NCBI GenBank assembly: GCA_049510745.1
Contig: JBEKYR010000006.1
Span: 32,001-96,000, forward strand
DNA from: Verrucomicrobiota bacterium
GTDB lineage: Bacteria > Verrucomicrobiota > Verrucomicrobiia > Limisphaerales > Palsa-1400
Length of the DNA stretch: 64,000 nt
Direction of reading: 5' to 3'
In this document: piece by piece, positions 56,057-64,000 of the stretch
Layout of the letters: the number at the start of each line of letters is the position of its first letter
How positions within the stretch are numbered: the stretch's first letter is position 1
Program-made: the position numbers and the translations under genes
Notes under the pieces: model-generated
What the model was told of the DNA's origin: nothing
What the model saw: only the letters and a program-made list of their open reading frames with translations
Databases searched by the model: none

Positions 56057-57204
56057 ACACAAAAATTCTTTTCGTTGACGACGAACCCAACGTGCTGAGC
56101 GGATTCCAGCGCAAACTGCGCAAAGACTTCCCGTTGGACATTGCCCTGAGCGGCGAGCAGGCCCTGGCCATGATGCAGGAGCAGGGGCCTTACGCGATCA
56201 TCGTGTCCGACATGCAGATGCCCGGAATGAACGGACTGGAGCTTCTCGCCAAAGTCGAAGCCAGCGCGCCGGACACCGTCCGCATGATGCTCACGGGCAA
56301 TGCCGATCAAAAAACCGCCGTGGACGCGGTCAACCGGGGACATATCTTCCGTTTCATGAGCAAGCCGTGCGAACCGGAGTTGCTGGCGGGAATGCTCAAG
56401 GCGGGTCTCAAGCAATACGGGCTGATCACCGCCGAACGCGAGTTGCTGGAAAAAACCCTGCACGGCAGCGTTAAAGTGCTCACTGACATTCTCTCCATGC
56501 TCGACCCCCAATCGTTCAGCCGGGCGCAACGCTTGCGCAATTACATGAGCGCGTGTGCCCGGGCGTTCGACATTTCCCAGCCGTGGGAACTGGAAATGGC
56601 CGCCATGCTTTCCCAAATCGGCTTCGTCACCATTCCGGCGGACGTGCTGAAAAAAACCCACTCCAATCAAGATTTGTCCGGCCTGGAAAGCGACCTGCTG
56701 GCCCACGTGCCGGAAATCGGCTCTAATCTGCTGTCCAATATCCCGCGCCTGGAAGCGGTCGCCAACATCGTCCGCTATCAAGCCAAAAACTTTGACGGCT
56801 CCGGTTTCCCGGCCGATGCCGTGGCCGGGGAGAACATTCCCATTGGCGCGCGGATTTTGCGCGTGCTCTCCGATTTGATTCTGCTCGAGGACCACCACGT
56901 GGCCAAAGTCAAAGCCTTGGCCAAAATGCAGCAGTGTCCGGGCCGTTACGATCCCAATGTCCTGAACTTCGTCGCCGCGGCTTTCGATGTTTTTGTTCCC
57001 GCGCCCTCCAAAGAAACCGCCGCGGGCCGGCCTGTCCTGTTCAAAGACCTGCGCGCCGGTCAGGTGCTGATGTCCGACGTGCTGACCCGGGACGGCATGA
57101 AAATAATCATGGCGGGAGCGCCGGTGACTTCAGTTCTGCTGGCCAAGCTGCGGAACTTCGCCGCCCTCAGCGGCATCCAGGAACCCATCCTCGTGGCGGG
57201 ATAG
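56053..57204 (+). CDS. Response regulator with degenerate HD-GYP-like domain
   Basis: KILFVDDE and IVSDMQMP receiver. LSQIG replaces LHDIG and YQAKNFDGSGFP replaces HHE..DG.GYP. Confidence 0.88.
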   Translation: MNTKILFVDDEPNVLSGFQRKLRKDFPLDIALSGEQALAMMQEQGPYAIIVSDMQMPGMNGLELLAKVEASAPDTVRMMLTGNADQKTAVDAVNRGHIFRFMSKPCEPELLAGMLKAGLKQYGLITAERELLEKTLHGSVKVLTDILSMLDPQSFSRAQRLRNYMSACARAFDISQPWELEMAAMLSQIGFVTIPADVLKKTHSNQDLSGLESDLLAHVPEIGSNLLSNIPRLEAVANIVRYQAKNFDGSGFPADAVAGENIPIGARILRVLSDLILLEDHHVAKVKALAKMQQCPGRYDPNVLNFVAAAFDVFVPAPSKETAAGRPVLFKDLRAGQVLMSDVLTRDGMKIIMAGAPVTSVLLAKLRNFAALSGIQEPILVAG

Positions 57205-57211
57205 TCAAAGC

Positions 57212-57259
57212 CCGCCGCCAAAAAGAGGGCACATTTCGCTTTTTTGGCTGGCGGTTTTT
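57212..57259 (+). terminator. Probable rho-independent terminator
   Basis: CCGCC-GCCAAAAAG / CTTTTTTGGC-TGGCGG stem followed by TTTTT. Confidence 0.6.
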
Positions 57260-57262
57260 GAT

Positions 57263-57346
57263 TCCTAATCTTAATCTTAATCATAATCCTGCTCCACCTT
57301 TCGGCAAGACCGGGATTACGATTACAATTACGATTAGGAGGGGCTG
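57263..57346. repeat. Palindromic hexamer-armed intergenic element, copy 2
   Basis: TCCTAATCTTAATCTTAATCATAATCC ... GGATTACGATTACAATTACGATTAGGA. Core shared with 23218-23319. Confidence 0.8.
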
Positions 57347-57507
57347 CTCAAAAAGACCGTTTCGCGAAATGGATTTGCCAAGCGGGGCGGGGATGATTTA
57401 ATTTCCATGATGGCGCGGCTGTTTTGCTGATATTCAGGCCCGTCGGATGACAAGGACCGGCCAATTGGCCCGGCATCAAAAAACCGTTTGGACTGCCGCA
57501 AGTAATT

Positions 57508-60500
57508 ATGTTTGACTTTGATTGCCGTCCTCGTGGAAGAATCGCCGCCGCTTCGGCCGGACGCGAAGTTTGGACCGCCCTCTCCGCTCTGTTGCTCCTC
57601 CTGGCAGTTCCGTTCGCGCGGGCCGGGGAACGGCAGGTTTTGCGCGGGCATGTGCCGCGGGCGGCGGCGCAGTCGCGGGCGGTCCGCCGTCTGGAGGAGA
57701 CAAATGTGCTGCGGCTGGCCATCGGGCTGCCCCTGCGGAATCAGGCGAAATTGGACCAGTTGCTCCAGGACCTCTACGACCCGGCCAGCCCGAATTTCCG
57801 GCGCTACCTGGAGGCGGACGAGTTTGCCGGCCGCTTTGGGCCGACGCCACAGGATTACCAGGCAGTCCTGGCGTTCGCGGGTTCGAACCATCTCACCGTG
57901 ACCGCGCAACACCCGAACCGGATGTTGGTGGACGTGGTGGGATCGGTGGCGGACATCGAAAGAGCGTTCCACTTGAAGATGCAGGTTTATGCGCACCCGA
58001 CGGAGTCCCGTGAGTTTTATGCGCCGGACGGGGAGCCGCAACTGGACCTGGCCGTGCCGGTGCTGCACATCAGCGGGCTGGATAATTACGCGGCGCCGCG
58101 CGCCTTGTGCCATGAAGTAACCGCGCCCATGCGGGCCGCCCAGGCAATGCCGGCGGCGGGTTCGGGGCCGTCAGGCAATTATGCCGGAAGGGATTTTCGC
58201 GCCGCTTACGCTCCGGGAGTGACCAATACGGGCGTGGGGCAGTCGGTGGGCCTGCTGGAATATCAGGGGTACGCGGCGAGCGACATTCTAAATTACGAAA
58301 CCAATTACTCGCTGCCGAACGTGCCGCTGAACAACGTGTTGTTGGACGGCATTGCCAGCATTACCAGCGACGATGGCGGGGCGGAGGTGCCGCTGGACAT
58401 CGAGATGGCGATCTCGATGGCGCCCGGAATCACGCAGGTGATCGTGTACTACGGCTCGGTGGCGGACGACATTCTCAACAGCATGGCGACGGCCAATGTG
58501 GCCAAACAGTTGAGCGCCTCGTGGACCTTCGGCATCGACGCCACCACCTTGCAGATCTATCAGCAGTTTGCCGCGCAGGGACAATCTTATTTCAACGCTT
58601 CCGGAGATGCCGATGCCTATACCACTTCCGTTCCCACGCCGACCGATGCCCCTTACATCACCAGTGTGGGCGGTACCTTTTTGTCAACGACCGGGCCGGG
58701 CGGGACATGGGTGTCGGAAACGGTCTGGAACCGGGGGAACGGCACCGGGAGCAGCGGCGGGATCAGTTTGACCTACAGCATCCCGCTCTGGCAGCAGGGA
58801 CTGAGCATGGATGCCAACCAAGGCTCGGCCTTCATGCGGAACATCCCGGATGTCGCGATGGTGGCGGAAAACGTCTGGGTTCTCTACAACAACGGGAGCA
58901 GCGGCGCTTATGGGGGCACCAGTTGCGCCACGCCGTTGTGGGCGGGGTTCATTGCGCTGGTCAACCAGCAGGCCGCCGCAAACGGTCAGCGGCCCATTGG
59001 GTTTATCAATCCCACCATTTATGCTCTCGGCAAAAGCGCGGGCTATTCCGCGGCCTTTCACGATATAACGGTCGGGAACAACACCCTCAGCACCTGCCCC
59101 AACAAGTACTACGCCGTCGCGGGTTATGATCTCTGCACCGGTTGGGGCACGCCGTCAGGCTCGAAGCTGCTCAACACCCTGGCGCTTTCTGCCTTCAACC
59201 CGTTGGTCGTCACGCCGACCAACGGACTCACCGTAGCCGGACCGCAAGGAGGTCCATTGGCTCCGACCTCCGGCACTTTTACACTGGCCAATTACGGGGG
59301 CAGCTCGCTGGGTTGGTCCCTGGCCAATACTTCATCGTGGTTCACAGTTTCGCCCGCTAGCGGCTCCCTGGCCTCAGGCGCCACGGCCAATGTGACCGTG
59401 ACGGTCGCCGCCGCCGCCAATAGTTTGACCCCCGGGTATTATGCCGCAAATCTCCTCTTCACCAACAAAACCAATTCGGCGGTGTTGAGCCGCCCGCTCA
59501 CCATCGTGGTGGGGTTGGGGCTGACTTGGGACAGCAGCGCGGGCGGTGGCGCGCCGCAGGATGGCGGCGGGGTTTGGGCCGACGAAAGCTCCGCCAACGG
59601 CGCTACCAACTGGTACAACGGTGTGGCCGATTCCTTCTGGACCAACGGCAATCCGGACTTGGCGGTTTTCGGGGCAAATTCCGGTGCGGCGGGCACGGTG
59701 ACGCTGGGCAGCGCTGTCACCGCCGCAGGCATTACCTTCGCCACTCCCGGCAGTGGCACTTACACCATCGCGGGCGGTGGATACACGCTGACGCTGAACG
59801 GCAACATTGCCGCCAATACATCGGCCGCCATCAGCGCGCCTGTGACCTTGGGCCTGCCCGCGACCTTCTCCGCCGCCAGCGGACAAACGCTGGCGGTCAG
59901 CGGACTGTTGTCCGGCGCGGGCGGCAACAACCTGACTGTGATCGGACCCGGCGCCGTAAATTTGACGGGGCAGAACAACGCCAGCCCCGCCAGCGGCATG
60001 GCTGGCACTGTGACCGTCAGTTCCGGCACGTTGTCGTTGGACGGTGGCGGCAGCCTCTACGGCGTTTTGGGGAACGTGGCCGGCATTACCATCAGTTCCG
60101 GAGCCACGCTGACTTTGCTCGACAACAACGATATTTCCGGGGCGAGCGGTGTTCCGCGGAACATTACCCTCAACGGGGGCGCTTTGAGCGATGCGGGACT
60201 CAACCAAGCCATTGGGAGCCTCACCCTGAACGGGGGGACCGTTTCCGGCAACGGCGGCTACAATTTGAACGGCGATTGTTTCGTCACGGCCAACACGACC
60301 CTTGGGGCGCAAAATATCACAATGGCGGCAAACTCGACTTTTTATGTCAACGGCGCCGCTACCCTCACCTTCACAGGAACGATGATCGGCGGCGGCGGTT
60401 TGAATTTCGCGGGACCCGGCAAAATGATCATGGCCAGCGCCAACAACACCTACACCGGCACGACCACAATCACCGGCGGAACGCTGCAACTCGGCAACGG

Positions 60501-63500
60501 CGGGGCCGGCGGCGGGGTCGGCCCCGGTCCGGTGGTCAACACCGGGTTGCTTCAGTTTAACCGCAGCGATAATTTCTCCTGGACCACCCCGGTCACCGAT
60601 CCTGGAAACAGCGGCGCCTTTATTAAAACGAATTCTGACACCGTGACCCTGCTGTCCACCAACGCCTTCCTGGCCACCAGCGGCGGAGCGGCGCAGGTCA
60701 ATGGCGGCACGCTTCTTCTTAATACACCGGGGATGCTGGTTTGTGGCGGGGAATACTGGGTGGGGGAGAATTCGACGGCCACCAGCACCATCAACGGCGG
60801 GACACTGATTGTCAGCAATTGGATTGCGGTCGGAAGGAACAGTTCCACCGCCTCGGGCACGCTCACACTCAATTCCGGCTCGATCCAGAAATTCAGCACC
60901 AACGGCAACATCATCCTGGGTTCGCTGGGCGGCACCGGCACGATGACGGTCAACGGCGGGAGCGTTTCCAACACCTCCGCCATCTATCTGGGAGAGAATT
61001 CCACCGGGAAGGGAACGCTCAACTTGAACGGCGGACTGGTGCAGGCGACCCAGGTCACCCGCGCCCCTTCGCCGGGGCTTAGCGCCATTCTCAATCTCAA
61101 CGGAGGCACCTTGCAAGCCACCGCCAACCAGCCAAACTTCCTGGCCGTTGACCAGGCCAGCGTGCAAGCCGGCAATGTCGTGCTCGACGACGGCGGCAAC
61201 GCCATTGTCGTCAATCAGGTTCTTCTCAATGGCGGCGGCGGGGGGGGACTCATCAAGAACGGCAGCGGCACCCTGACGCTCACGGCCAGCAACACCTACA
61301 CGGGCGCCACCACCGTCAACCTCGGCACGCTCAGGGTGAGTCCCGATCCGGTGCTGCACCTTTCATTTGACAACGTCAGCGGCGGCACGGTGCTCAATGA
61401 CGGCACCGGCGGGGCGGCGATGAACGGCGTCTTGACCGGCGCGGGAGCGGCCATTGTCAGCGGCGGCCGCTACGGCAAGGCGCTCAGCCTCAATGGCGCG
61501 GCCTCCTATGTCGTTGTCAGCAACAAAGTGACGGCGTTGGACTGCAACGCCGGAGGGGCCAGTTGGACTTATGCCGTTTGGATCAAGACCGCGACCGGAG
61601 GCGCCACCTATGGGTACCAGGGAAACGGGAGCTGGAACTCCGGCGAACAGACCACCTTCTATTTGAATAACAACGGCGCCAGCGCGGGCGGGACCAAGGC
61701 CGGCGGTGTTCGTTATGCGGACAATTGGCTGACGGGCACCAAGGCGCTCAACGACAACAACTGGCATTTTGTCGTCATCACCGTCAACTCCGGGACCAAG
61801 ACTATTTATGTCGATGGAGCCGTAGATGCCAAAACCGGGAGCACAGGCTGGGTGGCCGCCGGCTCGACCTCCGCCAACCAGTTCTGGATCGGCGGAAGTC
61901 CGGACACCGGCGACGGCGACACTTATATGAACGGCCTGATTGACGAAGTCTATGTGTTCGCCCGCGCGATCAGCCTGGCTGAAGTGCAGTCGTTGATGTC
62001 GTCCAACAAGCTGGGGAACCACCAAGTGCTCCCGCAGGCGACGGCCCTCACCCTGGCCGCGGGCGCAACGCTGGATATGAGCAGTTTGTCACAGACGATC
62101 GGTTCGCTTTCCGGCGCCAGCGGCAGCAGCGTTCTCTTGGCCGGCGGGACCAACAGCAGCGCGCTGACCTTCGGCAATTCCTCCAACACGACTTTTGCCG
62201 GGACAATCAGTGGAAACGGTTCGGTCACAAAGAACGGCGCCGGCGCGATCACGGTTTCCGGCGTGAACACTTTTACCGGACCGACCGCCATCAACGCCGG
62301 GACGGTGAGTTTTGGCCAGAGCAACAACAGCAACTATGTGGCTTTGCTCCAGCCCGTTCTCTGGCTCAACTTCGATCAAGTTGGAGGCGGCGTGGTGACG
62401 AATCTTGGGACCGGCGGGGCGGCGATGAATGGCACAATCATCGGCTCGGGCGCCACCATTGTCGGCAACGGACGATACGGAAACGCCTTGAGCATTAACG
62501 GCGTCGGCGGTTCCTCCTTCCAGAACCTGGTGGTGGTCAGCAACAAGGTCGTTCAGACCGACGCCGGTGGTTCCTGGACGGTGGCGCTATGGATCAAAAC
62601 GAGCGAGGCCGGAGCCGCCTACCTGTATCAGGGCGACGGCGGCTGGGATTCAGGCGATACCATGTACTATCTCAACTCGGGTTCCACCGCTTCGGGCGGA
62701 ACCCGGGCCGGCGCGGTCCGCTATGCCGGCCTCTGGCTGACCGGAACGACGGCGCTCAATAATAACGCCTGGCATTTCATCACGCTGGTGGACACTGCCG
62801 GCACGGAGTCCATCTACGTGGATGGGAAAGTGGATGCTGTGACCGCCACCATGAACAATCCCCTCGCCAGCGGGGCCAACCAGGTGTGGATCGGCGGTTC
62901 GGCCGACTCCGGCGACGGAGAGGCGAAGTTCAACGGACTGATTGACGAGGTCTATATGTTCAATCGCGCGTTGAGCCAGACCGAAATAACAAATCTCATG
63001 GCCAACCAGAACGTGGACTCCATTACCAACCACACCGGCCAATTGCCCGCGGCCTCGCCGGTGAGCCTCGCTGCGGCTGCGACGCTGGACCTTGCCGGCA
63101 CTTCCCAGAATATCGCTTCACTCTCTGACCTCAGCGGCGGCGGACTGGTGACCAACAGTTCCGGCACAACGGCCGCGCTCGTCATTTCCAACAATACCGC
63201 CGCCACCGCCACTTTCAGCGGGCACATTAACGACGCCTCTCCCGCCAACGCCATCAGTCTCTCCCTGTCCGGCAACTCCACGCAGGTCCTGGCCGGCGCC
63301 AGCGGTTATTGCGGCCCGACCACCATCTCGGGCGGGAGTTTGCTGGTGAACGGCTCGCTTGGGACCAACACCGTGACGGTCAACGGCGGGATGCTCGGCG
63401 GTGTTGGTGTCATCAACGGTCCGGTCTTCGTCCAATCCGGCGGAACGCTCATCACCAGCCCGGCCGCCATTGGAACCTTCACATTCAATGCCGGTCTGAC

Positions 63501-64000
63501 CCTGGCGGCGGGCGGCACGAATGTTATGAAAATCAACAAATCCTTGCAGACGAACGATCAATTGGCCGTCGCCGGCGCGCTCGGTTACGGCGGAAGCCTT
63601 GTGGTGACCAACCTGGCCGGCACGTTGGTGGCGGGGGACAGCTTCCCGTTGTTCAACGCCGGGAGCTACACCGGTTCGTTTGCCGGCCTTTCTCCGGCCA
63701 CGCCCGGTCCGGGGCTGATTTGGAACACCGGCACGCTCGCCGCCGACGGCACGTTGCGGGTCATGGCGGCGGGGCCGCCGGACTTTGGCAGCTTCGGCCT
63801 CTCGGGAACCAATTTTATCCTGAGTGTGACCGGCGGCCCGCCCGGTTCGCCCTATCGGGTGGTCACATCCACCAATTTGACCCTGCCGCTGACGAACTGG
63901 ACCCCGGTCTGGACCAACTCGTTTGACGCCAACGGAAACGGCCAGCCGCTTACCAACGCCTTGGACCCCGCGGCCCAGCAGCAATTCTTTGACATTTTGG
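57508..64000 (+). CDS. Giant secreted S53 (sedolisin/kumamolisin) protease with BACON-like domain, autotransporter-associated beta-strand repeats, two LamG domains and C-terminal domain; 3'-partial
   Basis: Translated by hand from ATG 57508. Pro-domain LAIGLPLRN..LYDPASPNFRRYL. Catalytic motifs EVPLD, SGD, GGTSC and GYDLCTGWGTP. Repeats GLIKNGSGTLTLTASNTYTGATTVN. Still in frame at the window end (...QQQFFDIL), at least 2164 codons. Confidence 0.9.
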   Translation, partial: MFDFDCRPRGRIAAASAGREVWTALSALLLLLAVPFARAGERQVLRGHVPRAAAQSRAVRRLEETNVLRLAIGLPLRNQAKLDQLLQDLYDPASPNFRRYLEADEFAGRFGPTPQDYQAVLAFAGSNHLTVTAQHPNRMLVDVVGSVADIERAFHLKMQVYAHPTESREFYAPDGEPQLDLAVPVLHISGLDNYAAPRALCHEVTAPMRAAQAMPAAGSGPSGNYAGRDFRAAYAPGVTNTGVGQSVGLLEYQGYAASDILNYETNYSLPNVPLNNVLLDGIASITSDDGGAEVPLDIEMAISMAPGITQVIVYYGSVADDILNSMATANVAKQLSASWTFGIDATTLQIYQQFAAQGQSYFNASGDADAYTTSVPTPTDAPYITSVGGTFLSTTGPGGTWVSETVWNRGNGTGSSGGISLTYSIPLWQQGLSMDANQGSAFMRNIPDVAMVAENVWVLYNNGSSGAYGGTSCATPLWAGFIALVNQQAAANGQRPIGFINPTIYALGKSAGYSAAFHDITVGNNTLSTCPNKYYAVAGYDLCTGWGTPSGSKLLNTLALSAFNPLVVTPTNGLTVAGPQGGPLAPTSGTFTLANYGGSSLGWSLANTSSWFTVSPASGSLASGATANVTVTVAAAANSLTPGYYAANLLFTNKTNSAVLSRPLTIVVGLGLTWDSSAGGGAPQDGGGVWADESSANGATNWYNGVADSFWTNGNPDLAVFGANSGAAGTVTLGSAVTAAGITFATPGSGTYTIAGGGYTLTLNGNIAANTSAAISAPVTLGLPATFSAASGQTLAVSGLLSGAGGNNLTVIGPGAVNLTGQNNASPASGMAGTVTVSSGTLSLDGGGSLYGVLGNVAGITISSGATLTLLDNNDISGASGVPRNITLNGGALSDAGLNQAIGSLTLNGGTVSGNGGYNLNGDCFVTANTTLGAQNITMAANSTFYVNGAATLTFTGTMIGGGGLNFAGPGKMIMASANNTYTGTTTITGGTLQLGNGGAGGGVGPGPVVNTGLLQFNRSDNFSWTTPVTDPGNSGAFIKTNSDTVTLLSTNAFLATSGGAAQVNGGTLLLNTPGMLVCGGEYWVGENSTATSTINGGTLIVSNWIAVGRNSSTASGTLTLNSGSIQKFSTNGNIILGSLGGTGTMTVNGGSVSNTSAIYLGENSTGKGTLNLNGGLVQATQVTRAPSPGLSAILNLNGGTLQATANQPNFLAVDQASVQAGNVVLDDGGNAIVVNQVLLNGGGGGGLIKNGSGTLTLTASNTYTGATTVNLGTLRVSPDPVLHLSFDNVSGGTVLNDGTGGAAMNGVLTGAGAAIVSGGRYGKALSLNGAASYVVVSNKVTALDCNAGGASWTYAVWIKTATGGATYGYQGNGSWNSGEQTTFYLNNNGASAGGTKAGGVRYADNWLTGTKALNDNNWHFVVITVNSGTKTIYVDGAVDAKTGSTGWVAAGSTSANQFWIGGSPDTGDGDTYMNGLIDEVYVFARAISLAEVQSLMSSNKLGNHQVLPQATALTLAAGATLDMSSLSQTIGSLSGASGSSVLLAGGTNSSALTFGNSSNTTFAGTISGNGSVTKNGAGAITVSGVNTFTGPTAINAGTVSFGQSNNSNYVALLQPVLWLNFDQVGGGVVTNLGTGGAAMNGTIIGSGATIVGNGRYGNALSINGVGGSSFQNLVVVSNKVVQTDAGGSWTVALWIKTSEAGAAYLYQGDGGWDSGDTMYYLNSGSTASGGTRAGAVRYAGLWLTGTTALNNNAWHFITLVDTAGTESIYVDGKVDAVTATMNNPLASGANQVWIGGSADSGDGEAKFNGLIDEVYMFNRALSQTEITNLMANQNVDSITNHTGQLPAASPVSLAAAATLDLAGTSQNIASLSDLSGGGLVTNSSGTTAALVISNNTAATATFSGHINDASPANAISLSLSGNSTQVLAGASGYCGPTTISGGSLLVNGSLGTNTVTVNGGMLGGVGVINGPVFVQSGGTLITSPAAIGTFTFNAGLTLAAGGTNVMKINKSLQTNDQLAVAGALGYGGSLVVTNLAGTLVAGDSFPLFNAGSYTGSFAGLSPATPGPGLIWNTGTLAADGTLRVMAAGPPDFGSFGLSGTNFILSVTGGPPGSPYRVVTSTNLTLPLTNWTPVWTNSFDANGNGQPLTNALDPAAQQQFFDIL

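Noticed and set aside
57334..58113. Short ORFs listed in the track over the S53 gene
   Set aside because: They are alternative-frame or antisense ORFs within the long plus-strand gene starting at 57508.

Overview
GC-rich bacterial chromosome segment. Gene content and protein style suggest Verrucomicrobiota (Pedosphaera-like); this is an inference. Contents from left to right: (1) the probable right end of a visibly lower-GC island closed by a 3' tRNA-Pro(GGG) fragment at about 3457-3508; (2) two tandem secreted arylsulfotransferase-family proteins; (3) tRNA-Ala(CGC) surrounded by decayed mobile DNA (frameshifted integrase, ExeA-like ATPase fragment, kinase/TPR tail, ECF sigma stub) and a GloVer-repeat protein; (4) housekeeping and carbohydrate genes (DUF4097, yggS, ketose 3-epimerase, ThuA, large GH13 and partner); (5) tRNA-Leu(CAG) with an orphan antitoxin; (6) a candidate 6S-like RNA; (7) a pilB-pilT-pilB-pilC cluster; (8) system II cytochrome c maturation genes; (9) a seven-gene divergent signalling locus (TonB receptor, YfiR, three kinases, REC-HDOD, REC-HD); (10) a >2160-aa S53 protease with passenger repeats that runs off the right edge and is absent from the supplied ORF track. 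The strongest signal is that seven otherwise unrelated secreted proteins end in the same ~70-aa domain (S/T-N-L...W...TD...RFYR[LV]xxP). It behaves like a protein-sorting signal, and a T2SS/T4P motor cluster with no pilin gene nearby lies in the same window.
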